A DNA stretch of 55,078 nucleotides, the filler included, from Bipalium vagum (lineage: Eukaryota): NCBI GenBank assembly GCA_037834085.1. It is 3 parts of 3 records of this genome, joined end to end, with 100 filler letters (N's around TTAATTAATTAA, not from the genome) between each part and the next. Parts side by side here need not be neighbours in the genome. Positions count along the whole stretch, not along the records: positions 36,131 to 55,078 come from JBBMKC010014870.1; 2 more parts are not named here. One strand, 5' to 3'. Below, piece by piece: positions 36,131 through 49,529 of the stretch. Every line of letters begins with the position of its first letter. Position 1 is the first letter of the stretch. The notes under the pieces were generated by a model. The model ran no database searches, had not been told where the DNA came from, and saw nothing but the letters and a program-made list of their open reading frames with translations. The translations under genes were made by a program, and so were the position numbers.

Positions 36131-37989
36131 TTTCTTGAAATAAAAATGTTAAACAATCTCGAGTTTTTCAATACTGAAACTGTCGATAACGTGGCAGTAA
36201 CTAACAATTATTTTTTTATTATTTTTTTTATTATCTTGAAAGTCTGTTTACCTCTTTCAAATTTGCTCTGCAATATAAAATCACAAATATAATGATAGCA
36301 AAAAATAGAGACATGAAAGAATTTCCAGCATTTAAAATTACCCTAATTGATGAATTCATTGAGACTGATTAGATTCAACGGATTCTTTTAAAATATTTTC
36401 ATCAAAGCGGATTGGTGTTACCATCTTTGAACTTTGTAAACCACCACATCGTTGTTTCTCTCGTCTTGATACTCAACGGTCGGTTTCCAACAAGGAAAGT
36501 TCTTTTTCAAATAATGAGCATATTTGGGACTACAAATCAATTATTAAAACAAATTGACACAAAATAAATTTTCATTTTATTAATATTTCGATGGTTAAGA
36601 GATTTTTAAAGCAGTAACGAATCGTCATACTCAAAAATATGTTTCATTTTTTCTTATGGGACAACGTGTTAAATTGGTCTTGTTTGTAATTTGTTTGAAA
36701 GTTTTCCATAAAGATCCATATAGATGCTGTAGAAATGAGGGCAAGAGGTGATTATCACTGGCCGTTCACTATGGTAATACGTCGTTAGTACCACTCTATC
36801 CTGGAATCCAACAAGTGAATGTTGGAACAGAAATCCCTCCGTTTTGTACTGAGTCGTTTTGATAATTTTTCTAAAAAAATTTTATGCTGAAGAAAATTTT
36901 AATCTCGGTGCGATTTTCAATAGAAATGAAATGCCAAAATAATGTAGGATAATTCCCCAGATAGGGCCGATTAGCCCCGAGCTGGATAAGTTTTATTATT
37001 TGGAGATTAAAAATCATTTGTCTCGGATTTCAAAAATTGGAATTTATATTATTACTTTATCAGATAATATATAATTATTAATTTGTAATTGCATATCTTG
37101 GAGGAGGTGTTTGTCCGAAGAAAATTATTTTTGATGTCGTAAAAGAGTACCATGGGCCATTGATATCATACTGAAGAAAATAATAAAAACCTATACAAAA
37201 CCACTTTTAAATTAGTTTTAAGAAATGGGTGTTTTTTAATTGTCAAACAGCGAGATTGGCTGCTGACAGCAATTAGAAACCAGCAGCAGTAGCTGACCAA
37301 GTTAACAAATCAGGACCTCTACAAACTCCTATATAAGAAGCTCAGATCGTCACCTGAAATAATAAAAATAATATTATAAATTTGCCATTCGAAATGATTA
37401 GAATTTATAGAAAACCAAAACACTTGTCTCCAACCCAGACTGAAAGGTAGGTAGGATCAATCGATTATTTTTGTATATATTTGGAGTCTCAGTTTCGAAA
37501 GACTAAAAAGAATATTTCGATTAGAATAGTCCATAATTGAGCTCTCGCGTTAAAGTAAATGAATCGATTTTAACATGAATTACATTTTGAAAGAGTTTCG
37601 ATTTTTACATAATTTAATTTGGATTTGAGAAAGTGACATTATATTATTTTTCCATTTGAAGAAGAGAATCGATAAATAAATTGCGGTTGATTTAAAACAG
37701 TTTATTTTGTAGAAATATTCGAATTAAATCGATTTTTAAAGAAATAAAACAGTTACATTTATTGAGGTTCGACTCCTTTTTATTAATTTTCTTTTAATAC
37801 AATTTTTGGTGAAAAATAAAATTTAAATAATATGTTGGCTAATGTAAAATTATTTATTTTAATTAATTTTTAAAAATCAATCAAAAATATTATTTTAGGA
37901 GTAACTACTGAATTTTAATCGATCGCATCTCACCCTAAGATTCCTTAATTGTGACTTTTAGAATTTAAATTTATTTTTAATAATAATTA

Positions 37990-38390
37990 ATTATAGAAGG
38001 TACGTCATAATTGACAGCTTAACTGGCCAATCAGAACTGTAAAAAAGTATATAAGCCAATGAAAATAAATTAATTTTCGCTAAGGAAATTATAGGTAAAA
38101 CCAGGAATGTTTACAATTGGTAATTTTATTTTAGCTGACCAGAGGTTTTCCTGACACAGCGTTTAATTAAGAGTTTGAGTGGTGGGACTGCTTGAACAGT
38201 TTATTTTTCTTATGTGACTACCGATTGTTTGCAGTTTGTTTGTTATAAATAAAATAGGTTTTACCCTTATTTTATTTAATAAAAGTATTGGAGAGTTTTG
38301 TATTTTTGTTATAGGACAGACAACGAGCTCCTTAGGAAAACCCACAGCAACCTCGGTGTAGGTCAAATGAGCTAATTAAGAGTTGTGCCA
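37990..38390 (+). promoter_or_regulatory. possible solo LTR (CCAAT, TATA and polyA signals)
   Basis: GGCCAATCAG at about 38025, TATATAA at about 38048, AATAAA at about 38248 and 38278, ending ..CCAACA at 38390. No matching second LTR seen. Confidence 0.3.
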
Positions 38391-39472
38391 ACAAATTTAT
38401 AAAATTTTGGAGTGATCGATGATTTCAATTGTTGGATTTAGATTCTGAAAGGTCGGCGTGTGCTATATTACACTCGAATAACTTTTGTGTCATTTATGTA
38501 TAGGTCATTATCAATTATTACATTCCCCCTTTGTTTTTCTCTTTTTACTCATGTGCATTATATTGATTTCATTTCATTTTTATTCTCTCATTATAATTTC
38601 ATTAGTTGTTTTAGTAACCGATATACTCATTAAGCAGTCGAAGTTACGAATTTTACTATTACTATTTCCTTCCTGGGAATAGCGGGTTATTTTTTGGGAT
38701 TTGATTTTTGAAACAATATTGAAAAATTTTATAATCTCCAAAGGAATTGTGTAAATACCCCTCCGGAGATCATTAGACGCCAGAATTATTGAAGACCTAA
38801 AATACAATTGCTAATGCATCATGACAATGTGCCAAAATGTTGTAAAAAATTTCAACAAACGAATCATATTCCGGGTGTCTTGTTTGGTTCGAATTTAAAC
38901 ATTTTAGGTTGTAAACTTGTTCCTTGCTCTTCAGTAACTCTTCATCGCAGCTCTTTTTCCATCACCCCCATTTCCATTTTGATTAAATTCTTTATTTTAT
39001 AAATATAACATAATTAAAAATTGTTGTGGAAAATAATCAATAAGAAAAACTAGAGAAATCGATTTATTTCAAAAGAACAATAAACACATTTCTGTGGATT
39101 TTCTAAAAATATTTATCAAATCACATTTTTAGATCATCTCATCTAAATTAACTTTTAACGGTTTTGCATTCCAAAAATGAAACTTCACATACAACTGAAA
39201 GAAGAATAAGGAAAGAAAATCAGGCCGGGACAAGCAAATGAACGATAAATCTTGACTCACTGAAAATGGTCTAATAATTCTCAAAGAACTCAACATCCTG
39301 CAAACGCAAACGAACCAAAAAAACAACAAATGAGAAGAGAGTGGAAAGAGAACAATCTAAGTTTAAAATCGATAAATTAATTGCCAAATAATATCAATCA
39401 TCTTAAAAATAATCGTTCACTAAAATTATTGAAGACGGTTAAAATGAAAACAAATTTATTTGATAGGATAAA

Positions 39473-40294
39473 CTAATTCTTCTCTAGACCAAGCATGATA
39501 CTCTCTGATTCATACAAACTCTGGTGCTTCGCCATGATTCGCATCAGTGGTCTAAGGTTCAACCACCACTGCTCCAGAGGGATTCGGTGTCTGCAATACA
39601 AAGGGCAGAATTAATTGGAAAGATCTCCAAAGAAAAAATCCTTTACTTGACATCAGTCTCGTTTTCATAAAGATACTCTACAGGCGTAAAAGATAATTGT
39701 CTTTTCGTCAGGCCAATCAGGCAAATACTGTCGGGACTGTTGGTGGACACTCCAGATTCTGAAAAGAGCAAGTAATAAGTAAAAGTACAGATAAACAAAT
39801 CTCACCCGTAGTCGCTTTGGTAATCTCATCAGAAAGCCAGTCACTAGCTTTAGAGCCCATCTTGGTACCCATGTTACGATCGAATGGTGACGGTACTCCT
39901 CCTTGTTGTATATGACCAGGAACATTGCATCTGGTATCGAAAATACCCTTTCCTTCTTCACTAAACAATCGATAAACGAAATCCGTCGAGTAATGCGGGT
40001 TGGCTTTTTCATTTATCAAGATCAATCCCCGTTGCACGTTATCCTCGATCTTTGCCCTCATGTGCTCCACATCTTTTCGCAAGTCATCAATTCCAAATGG
40101 CTCTTCAAAAATGTAAGCTGCATCGGCGCCGCCAGCCAGACCACTCATTGTTGACAAATACCCACAATACCCTCCTTGGGTCTCAATGACAAAGACCCTT
40201 CGTTTAGTACCAACAGCGCTCTGCTTGATTTTGTCCACAATCTGAGCAAACAAACCATTAAAAAATACTTATCTTATTATTATTTAATTACTGA

Positions 40295-40358
<64 letters not shown>

Positions 40359-43300
40359 TCATAGAAAAAAAATTACTTGAGTGATTTCATTGAGAGATGT
40401 GTCGGCTCCCAGTGTGAAGTCGGTACCGGGAATATTGTTACTGATCGTGGCAGGGATATAAAGCATGGGAATACAGAATTCTGTGAAATCACTTCGTGCG
40501 GCATTCAATTCGCAGACACTGAGAAAAGCTTCAAAGCCACCAATCACCAAGACTCCACTCAATTGCATGGACTTGAAATGTTTGGCCACCAGATCTAAGC
40601 CGACTTCCGATGGCAAATGTCTAAAATGTTTATAATAAGAATCTAACTTCAACACGCTTTCCTCACCTTCTTGTGCCCAACATCGATCCACCTAATCCAG
40701 CCCAACCACGGACACGATTCCATGTGAATTCTTCCTTGCTGTCATCAATGAGACCTCTAAAACCTCCGTGGACTCCGATAATCTCATAGCCCTTACCAAT
40801 CATCAATCTGACAAAGCTTCTCATAACGGCGTTCACTCCACAGGCTGGAGCTCCAACGTTGAAAATAGCAATTCTTTTATTTAACTAATAAGAAAGATTG
40901 TTATCACATAAATTATTCGTTTGGATGATTTCGATATGAAAGGGAGATAAAATATTAATAGACAATATCAACAAAAACAATAATGACGAGAAAGACGATG
41001 TTCGACATTGCACAATACTTGATATAGAGAGAGGACAGTGTTATCAATTCCAAACTCAATAGTGGTAACAAAATGGAAAACGTGGACTCTGTTAAGCATA
41101 TTTTTAAGTGTACATTGTGTCGTGCACTGAAAATTGAAAATGACTATTAAAATCAATCTTATCAGTCGCTGAGTGCAAACGACCTCCATCGGTGAAGACT
41201 GTTCACCTCAGGGGATAAGAGTATTAGTAAACAAAGTTCACCTCAGTAGCACATTTGTAAAAATTTTATTATTTTCAAGCAAACAAAACTTTGTGTAAAG
41301 TAATGAAAAGTGCACCATTCCAGTGACATCATCATTGCACAAAGATGAACATAAATGGAGAAGGACTAAGACTCAACCTGTAAATATTTACAATTGCACC
41401 TGGGCTGAAATAGTGCTGCATAGCACATTCTGCATTAAAAGTGCTGGAAAAGAATTCTGTTAGCGACAAAAATATCAATTTATGGAATGTAAGAAATATT
41501 ACGAAATCAATAGCACGAATTTAAAAAATTTTCTGAAAAATACATAAGCGGTGTTAGTGGCAAATTGTGCATTGGTGTTTTTGTAAATAGAAGCACTGTA
41601 CTTGATTACCCCATAGATCTCGGGGAAATTACTTTTCTACTTTCTTGGGAAGAAATATAAACATTTTCTGCTTTTGACATTTTTGACCAATGAAAATCGG
41701 CAAAAATCAAGTCTTAAAGGAAAGAAAAAGTATGAGAAACTATGATTAAGACAAATAATCAACGAGTCCAAAAAGAGTGCGGTAGGATCAAATTGGATCA
41801 TTCCCCATTGAATGCTCTCAAGTCCTTGTGAACTGAACAGGTCTCTTAGGAACATGCCTTTACATTCCAAGAGGGCTTGGGAAATATAGTCAAGAAAAGG
41901 GAAAGGGAGAAAGTAGAAAAACAATTTGAATCGACATCGATCTGACTACGTATTTTGTGTTTAATTAAGCTTACTGTTACGTTGAAAGTTCTGTTAAAGC
42001 AAAAATTACCTTGTTTGATTCCTGAATAAAATAATCAATAATAAATAGTTATTAACGATAAAAAGATAAATCAATAAATCAATTGATTTCTTCTCCAAAG
42101 AAACGCACGACTTTTTTTTACGACTTTCTTTTTCCAATGAAACACGAAATCGGTTTGGCAGTATCAAATTGCGGAAGAAGATTACAATTTATTGATAAAA
42201 TAAGGAAAAGTGAGGTTCGAAAGAAAATGACTTACGGATTTCAATGTCTTTGGTGGTTGCAGCTTGGACAGTTTGAGATAGGTTTCTAGGTTGTTTGTAA
42301 AGCTTCTACATAGGATAAAATAATTAAGAAAAAATCTCTTTTAAAGAAAAGAAAATTATCAACTCACCTTCCTCGCAGTTTGACCGCCTCAAAGAAATTC
42401 TTTGAATTCATCGCTTCTCCAACAGCTCGTGTCTGTCAAAAAAATTAATTCGAGCTCGTTTACTTAAAAATTGTCTTACCTTCTGCACGCATCGAAGCAA
42501 CGGTACCCGAACAGTCTGGTTGCCATCAATTGAGATGACGCAGGCTTCTGCGTTAACGTTCTGATCAGCATCCATCAGGGCTAACACGGCCTCGGCTCCC
42601 ATTCTTATTCCTAGAATTCTGTCAAAAGCCGAAGGACTGCCACCACGTTGCACGTGACCCAACACTGTGACTCTGGTATCGATACCAAGCTTGGTTGTGA
42701 TCAGTTTTCTGATGTGATCTGATGTGATCGGATTGCAATTTGAATCGATCGCACCTTCCGAGACAATGATGATGTTTACACGTTGGCCGTTGTCTCTATT
42801 CTAAAACAAAGAGAGAAATCAACAATCACAATCATAAAAATGTGTTTACTATTTGCAATTTTTCACAGAGCTTCACTTCCCAATCCAAACCAGGAGGCAA
42901 TTCAGGAATGAAGACCCACTCTGCCTCACTGGCCAATGCAGCAACGAGAGCCAAATACCCACAATGTCGACCCATAACTTCCATGATAAAGCAGCGTTGG
43001 TGACTTTGAGCTGTTGACGAAATGGCATCGCAAGCCTCGATAATTCTATGTAGAGCGCTGTCCGTACCAATTGTCATGTCGGTTCCGCAAAAGTCATTGT
43101 CAATACTACCGACCATGCCGACAATGTTGAGATTTCCACACTGTTCCACCTGTTCCGCGGTCAATTGGTCTATGTTAAAGATTAAAAAATATTTCATGGG
43201 CATCTTTCTTTACTTGTGTCCACGAGCTCTTTCAACAATGAGGCCCATTCCAATCTGAAGAAATTTGCACCAGTCAGCGACCCATCCCCTCCAATTACGA

Positions 43301-43959
43301 CGAGATTTGTAATGTTTCGATCGACGAGATTTTTCGCCGATTTCAGCATTCCCCATCGCTCCTTGAAATCCATGCATCGAGCAGAACCGATGACAGTACC
43401 GCCCTGGAAATAAAAAAGTATTTAAAGATCACTTATTGGTAAAAAATTATGGAAATCTTAGATTTTTTAAGTTGATTTACTTTTATATCAATATAATGAT
43501 TTATAAAGATAATATTGATTTAATTAATATAGATAATCGATACTGCATATAGAATTACCGAAAAAATGTATAAAGTATAAAAATTTTATATTTTTCAATA
43601 AGTACCAATTACCAATTGCATAATTCCCGATACATCCGCCCATGTTGCTTCAACTATGTTCTTTCCACCGTCAACTAGACCTTGATAACCTTCTTTGATC
43701 AAGAAAACGGAAGACCCGCAATAAATTCCCATCCGAACAACGGCTCGAACAGCAGAATTCATTCCTTGAGAATCCCCTCCACTGGTTAGGACAGCAATAC
43801 TTTTTCCTTTAAAACAGTCTTTGTCAATGTACTTTCCTTCCATTCCTGGCTGACCGACAAGTGTTTGTCGGCGAATTAGTAATTTATGACTGGAAAAACT
43901 TGTAAAAATGTCTCATTAAGGTAATAATCTCACTCAAATCTATCAGCGTTCTGTGCCAT
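39473..43959 (-). CDS. PFK: ATP-dependent 6-phosphofructokinase (eukaryotic tandem-domain type)
   Basis: Minus-strand exons 43959-43934, 43889-43613, 43403-43214, 43169-42850, 42800-42480, 42432-42368, 42305-42236, (micro-exon 42021-42010), 40884-40667, 40620-40377, 40241-39806, 39758-39647, 39590-39473. Motifs: [99 protein letters not shown]. Confidence 0.97.
40297..40358. repeat. (ATT)n microsatellite, about 20 units, in PFK intron
   Basis: Perfect trinucleotide run. Confidence 0.95.
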
Positions 43960-44289
43960 AATTATATTCAGAGTGTTTTCTGGTGGAAAAATAATTAAGT
44001 GATTATTTATTAAACTCGATAGTCACGTACGATTTTCAATAATTTCAATAATATATACACTTTTGTCATTATTTAAACAAAAAAATATATCTAGTGATTG
44101 TTATGTAATTTATTTAGCAATATTGTAAGTATTGATCAATATGTTATATTTTCCATATCAATCATGGGTGCTTCTTGTAAAATAATCATTAATCTATATT
44201 GAATTAATAAAAAAAATCAATTAAATTTTGGCGAAAAATTGTAAGTTTGAAATCAATAAACAATTTTTATTCTTCTTTTATAAAGATAT

Positions 44290-44700
44290 TTTAATGCTGC
44301 TCTCTGAAAATTACAAAAGCAGAATAATGGTAATTTTTGCGGAAAACATGACATCCAGATTTTTAGTGTCAGGTTACATTTTATAAAATCGGAGTATCTC
44401 TTATTTTATGAGAAAAACATTATTGGTGGACTGGGAATTAATGTCCAATGTGGTGAGTTAAAATTAATTACAATGAGACTAATCAAACCGGAACGTGGCA
44501 GAGGACCAAGAAAATCGACTTAGGGACTAATAATTGTCGACACTCAAATATAGCCAGCTTTATGAATTTTTTAGTTAAAACCCTATAAAAAGCGGAGCTC
44601 TAAACCCTAGACCTAGTTACACAACATGTAGAAAGTTTTCACAACAAATGAAAGGTCAACTAAAACTGTTGAAGTTTATTATTAATGATAAAAAGAACGC
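44290..44700 (+). mobile_element. Merlin/ISXO2-like transposase relic
   Basis: IIGGLGINVQCGELKL..PERGRGPRKST*GLIIVDT (IGG.G..VQIDESK..RGR..WVFG.VD) and TQHVESFHNK. Confidence 0.65.
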
Positions 44701-45049
44701 TTTATCACAGAATTGATGTGACTGAATACCCGTTTAAATACCTTGAATTATTATGTCTATAAATAAATCTTTTGAATTTTCTGTATTGACCTAATTGATA
44801 AAATAATGTTTATGTAATGTCAATTTTAATTGATCCATTTTTTAATGTAATTTTTATATAGATTTTAAATTTAAATCAATTTTCAATCAATAAATAAATA
44901 ATTAATGATTTTAATTATAGAATTATTTGATGAAATAATTTATCTTATTATTTATAGGTTGCTTGAAAAGTTATTAAAGTGAAAGCGAAATAATTGATCC
45001 AATAAACCAGCATGAAATGAAATATTCAGCAAGTTCCTCAAAAATGGGA

Positions 45050-45850
45050 GTGTGTTGGATGCACCAAAAGGTAAACGTCAATCAAGTAAGAATGGAAAAG
45101 TTTTGGATATAAAAGATGAATCAACTATTGCAACAAAAACCAAACACACCAGTTAGATGGATGCCCCATGAATTTAATGCTTCATATATAACAGTCCGTA
45201 AACCTGTGATCCCCATGATTTTCACTAACGAAAAAGGTTTTATGAGGGATTTCTCACTAGATTTGACAGAGATGCAAATCTTTGTAGCCTTATTCCACTG
45301 AGCACAGGCTAAAAATTATATCGACTGTTATGTGAACAGACACATCAATGTTTATTGGTACACATACAATTCTTATCTGACAGTTGAGAGGTAGATCAAT
45401 TTATCTGATGTCATTATGTGCTATTTTGTCTCCCAGAATGTGACACCCACAAATTATTTTGATTTGTTGAAAGCTTATTTTTTTCATGTTTTTAATCAAT
45501 TACCCTCAGCTTCCTCGATGCTTTTTATGCAAGATTGTGTTCGCAAATAGAAGTTCGAGAATGGCTATGACAACAATTTCCTGGGAAGTTGATTGTCAGA
45601 AATGTTGCTAATGATCGGCCACCATGGTCACGGGAACTTATTCCATGGGCTTTATTATGTTGGTGCATATGAAGTAGATTATTTATTCACAACCAATTCT
45701 TTCATTGCAAGATTTATAGCAAAGACTCGTTGATGTATTTATCAATATACCAATCATATTTTGTGAGAAAGCTTACTTGCCGTTTTTGATAGATTACGTC
45801 GTTGCAAGGAGGGTAAAGAAGAACATTTTCTTTTCATTTCGAAAATTATA
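45050..45850 (+). mobile_element. rosa/DD41D-like Tc1/mariner relic
   Basis: QQFPGKLIVRNVANDRPPWSRELIPW matches 'FPGRWIGR....WPPRSPDLTP'. Confidence 0.6.
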
Positions 45851-46099
45851 AGTTCTTTTGTAAAGGTGTTAAATGAAACAATGTATATTATCAACTTCAT
45901 ACTCAGTGTTGCAAAAGGAGACTGTTAGGATTGATCATGCTTTCATTCTTAAATAATGATCATGAGATCAATTCGCTATGTCAATTAACTTAAATAAAAT
46001 TTACAGGGCTTTTCCATTTCTATATGTGATCACTTCGATTCGAATCTTTGATCATGGGTCAAAAAAGAGAATTGTTTATCAAGAATCATCACGATGTTA

Positions 46100-46964
46100 A
46101 AAATGACCTTTTTAATGATATTTTATTTTGGAATTATTATGAGTTAGAATGTAAGTATTGATTGTGATGCTTTAATACATTTAAGACCAACCAATAAGCA
46201 AATAAAAATTCCTACAGATTGATTAACCTAATTTCATAGACATACAAGTATGTTGGTGGATTTAGGTCTTGTTTCACTTAATCCTTTTTGAAAATCGTTT
46301 TTGGTGAATTTTCTCTCTAAATTCGACTAAAAATTTTCTATATGGTTAATATCTGGTGATTGTGTCGGAGTAACCAATATTTTTCTGATCTCATATATTA
46401 AAAAATTAAAGTTGAAGAGATGTCTTCTACAATTTGGCAAGAATTTATTTATGGATTTTTCATTATTTTTTTAATAAGATCTTTTTTGTCGGTCTGTTTG
46501 TGACTTTCTGTCTGGTCTCTTATTTGCAGATGATTCAGCTTGAAGCTTTTTTATTATATATTGAACTGTAGAACGAGATAGTATCAGTTCTTTTTCACTA
46601 ATGTAAAAGCTAATTTTGTTTCTACAGAACGACACTATATTGTGTGTATGTGGTTACTTCATTTAATTCTCGCTATTTTGTTCTATTATATTTTAATTGT
46701 TTTTGAAATTAAATTGATTATAATTAAGCAAAATAGATGATTAAAACAAGTTTCATTTTGGTCAAGTAAATATTTTCGTTTTGTTAAATCAAAAACGAAT
46801 ACTTTTTCCTCACGGAATTTATCAATTTTCGATTTTTATGAAAACTACTTGGATTCAATATTTTTTTTAACTAATTTTTAAAAATTTTTCTATTGATTTA
46901 CCCATAATTTTATTATTATAATTTTTTAAGCTTAAAAAGTGAAGTGAATTTTTTCATCAGTGTA
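46100..46964 (-). mobile_element. Tc1-like relic
   Basis: TA|CACTGATGAAAAAATT end at about 46945-46964. Minus-strand RPDRKSQTDR..ENP.INSCQI resembles the Tc1 HTH. Confidence 0.55.
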
Positions 46965-48512
46965 TATTCTTAGTGATTTACTCCATTTGAACGATTTGAA
47001 TTATGCTGAGTAAAATGTTTTTATTTGTTTCTTTTATTCCGGTGTTTGTTATGATTAATGATGTTTGTATGATACGAATAACGATTGGTCATTGGTGATT
47101 TTGATGGAATATAATTGAAACACCAATCAACTTTTGACGAATTATATATTTATCAACAAAACAAATTTAGGGATTGTGGGTTTATTTTTATGTATGATAT
47201 AATCAATAAGTAATTTTCTTTTGAGGTTCAAATTGGGTCACTTAAATAAAATTTATTTTTGATACAATGTACAAGTTGAATTAATTGGAAGCGAAGTGCA
47301 GAAACAAAATATAGGAGAATAAAATGATAGATATCAATTTTTATTTGTCGATTTTATCATTATTATTGTGAAATTTAAACAGATTGTAGAAGTTTTAAAA
47401 TCATTATAATGTGCCTCATTATTTACAATTAACTAAACTAAGATTATTTTATATTTTAAAATTGTATTTAATTAAATTCAAAATATATATATGATATATT
47501 TTATTAAAGGTTGTTATATTATATATTGGTTATATTAATTTATTGAATAATCAATTTTTGTTTAAATAATGGAATATTTTGAAAGGATAAATTTTTATTT
47601 AAGAAATGATTTCTCTTGATATTTCGGCTAACAATTACCATTACACTTAATCATGATAAACAATCATAATAAATAATCATAATTATTAATAATAAATAAT
47701 AATAGAATAAATATTAATACTTTAATTGACAGTGATGGTAAAAAACATTGTTTTTCGTTGTTGGTAATTTTTTTACTTCCCAAATGCATGAATTATGAGC
47801 TTCTCAACCAGTTTCTTGTCTTCCTTAGAGACAGGAAGATGAATTATTTTAATTTTTGCTTTCAAAGAACTTACTCAATTATTGTTTTCCATTAAACTTC
47901 CGGTTCTTCATAAGCAAACGGAAAAAGCGAAGTGATTTAGAGACGATGAATATATGATAGCTGATCAGATGGTTGGGAGGCTTTAAATTTAAAAATGAAT
48001 TCAGAAAGTATAATTCTTCACATGTGCTTGAAAAACATAGCCAGTCTATAAGTAACACAATAAGTTACTTTTAAGTTGAAAAAGTTCAATTCTATTAAGT
48101 GACACAGTTAACAAAATTTTATTAAAATACAAGTTACGAAGTCATAGTACTGTTTACAAGTCTTGTCACTCAAAAACAACAAAAATTCAAACAGGTCGTT
48201 ATAAGAGACATTAGAATATAAACAGATGGGTTTATGTAGTTTTCAGTGATAAATAAATATACAGGATTTGACGCTCTCATAAGGAAATTTTTAGTCCTAT
48301 AAGAACTAAAAAACCATACTTCATAAACTATAGTTCATGTAGAGAGTCTGTCTTAAAATTCTGTTGGAATTCATAAAAATTATCATTCTACCATTTTATC
48401 AATAAAAACATTATATTCAGTAAGAAAATGAAATACATAATATTTCGTTATATACATCCTTTATTTTCAGCATGAAAATAACTCATCCAGGCATTAGACC
48501 AACTTAATTATA

Positions 48513-49180
48513 CAGGGTTGTGCAGAAATATATAGAAAATTATTCAAAATATATAGAAAAATATTCAGAGATATATGGAAATGAACACTAAATAAATTAT
48601 TGTCTCGCCAAGGTTTTTCTATAAGCCGCCTCATGTTGCGTAAATAATCACTTAAATCTATATCGTTATGCATGACTACTTGAGTAATAAATCGTCCCGA
48701 TCTATAATGGTTCTCATAAAGGATGATACAGTAGCGAATTGTAGCTAAGACAGGTATGGTGTCAGAGATCTTTAAGTAATACCTCGTTCTGTCAGCAACT
48801 TAATAACATCTTTGCGGTGATGGAACCTGAAATTGTCTATCAACAATACATTCCCAGGATTTCGATCGAAATTATTGCATAGCTTGTCACTAATAAAGTC
48901 CATTTAAAGATCCGTCTTTGATTTCAAAGCATAAAATGCCTGTAAATTTGATTTAATAAAAACCAGATGACAAAACAATGAAACCTGAAATTTTACTAGC
49001 AGCCGTGCAGCTGATATTTTTGGCTGACTGAAATGTGAATAAATTTAAATAGAAAAAATCTAATTTTTTTTCTATACATTTCTGAATAATTTTCTATATA
49101 TTTTGAATATATTTATATATATTTTTGCATAGAATTAAATATTATTTCAATATTTTTCTAAATATTTCTGCATAATCCTG
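48513..49180 (-). mobile_element. internally deleted IS630/Tc1-type element with repeat-rich TIRs
   Basis: TA|CAGGGTTGTGCAGAAATATATAGAAAA ... TAAATATTTCTGCATAATCCTG|TA, with ~19-20-bp subterminal repeats at both ends. Internal GNVLLIDNFRFHHRKDVIKLLTERGI..LTPYL (IS630 'DNARFH..LPPYSP'). Confidence 0.8.
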
Positions 49181-49529
49181 TAATAATCATGACTGAAAAT
49201 TATACCAGACATGTTTTATTTCTGTCTACATTTCAATTAAAGTGTGTTTAATTACGATTACTTTCCTCCTATATTATAATTTTTTTATTGTTATCTTTAA
49301 ACATTCGCACCATTTTGCTAAATTATTAAAGTAGAGAAAAACTATTCTTATTTTAAAAAAATAAAAATATTTATTCATTCAAATTAATGTCATTATTAAA
49401 TTTCACATACCTTGAAGTTTATTACTCAATCATTTATATTTTATTAAAAATATATTACTTCTAATATCTTTTGTTTAAATATATCAAATGGTCAGAGAAA
49501 ATTGTTCTGTTTGTCAGTAATTTTAAAAA

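Noticed and set aside
37200-37340. Possible TGA=Trp alternative-code reading or NUMT
   Set aside because: TAA stops remain in the same frame and there is no similarity to mitochondrial proteins. The intact genes here use the standard code, including a TGA stop in Ada2b.
40176-40364. ORF with a poly-Ile tract
   Set aside because: It is the (ATT)n microsatellite in a PFK intron read on the antisense strand.
39903-43413. Several + strand ORFs overlapping PFK (39903, 40377, 42083, 43022, 43216)
   Set aside because: Antisense shadows of GC-richer PFK exons or introns, with no independent motifs.
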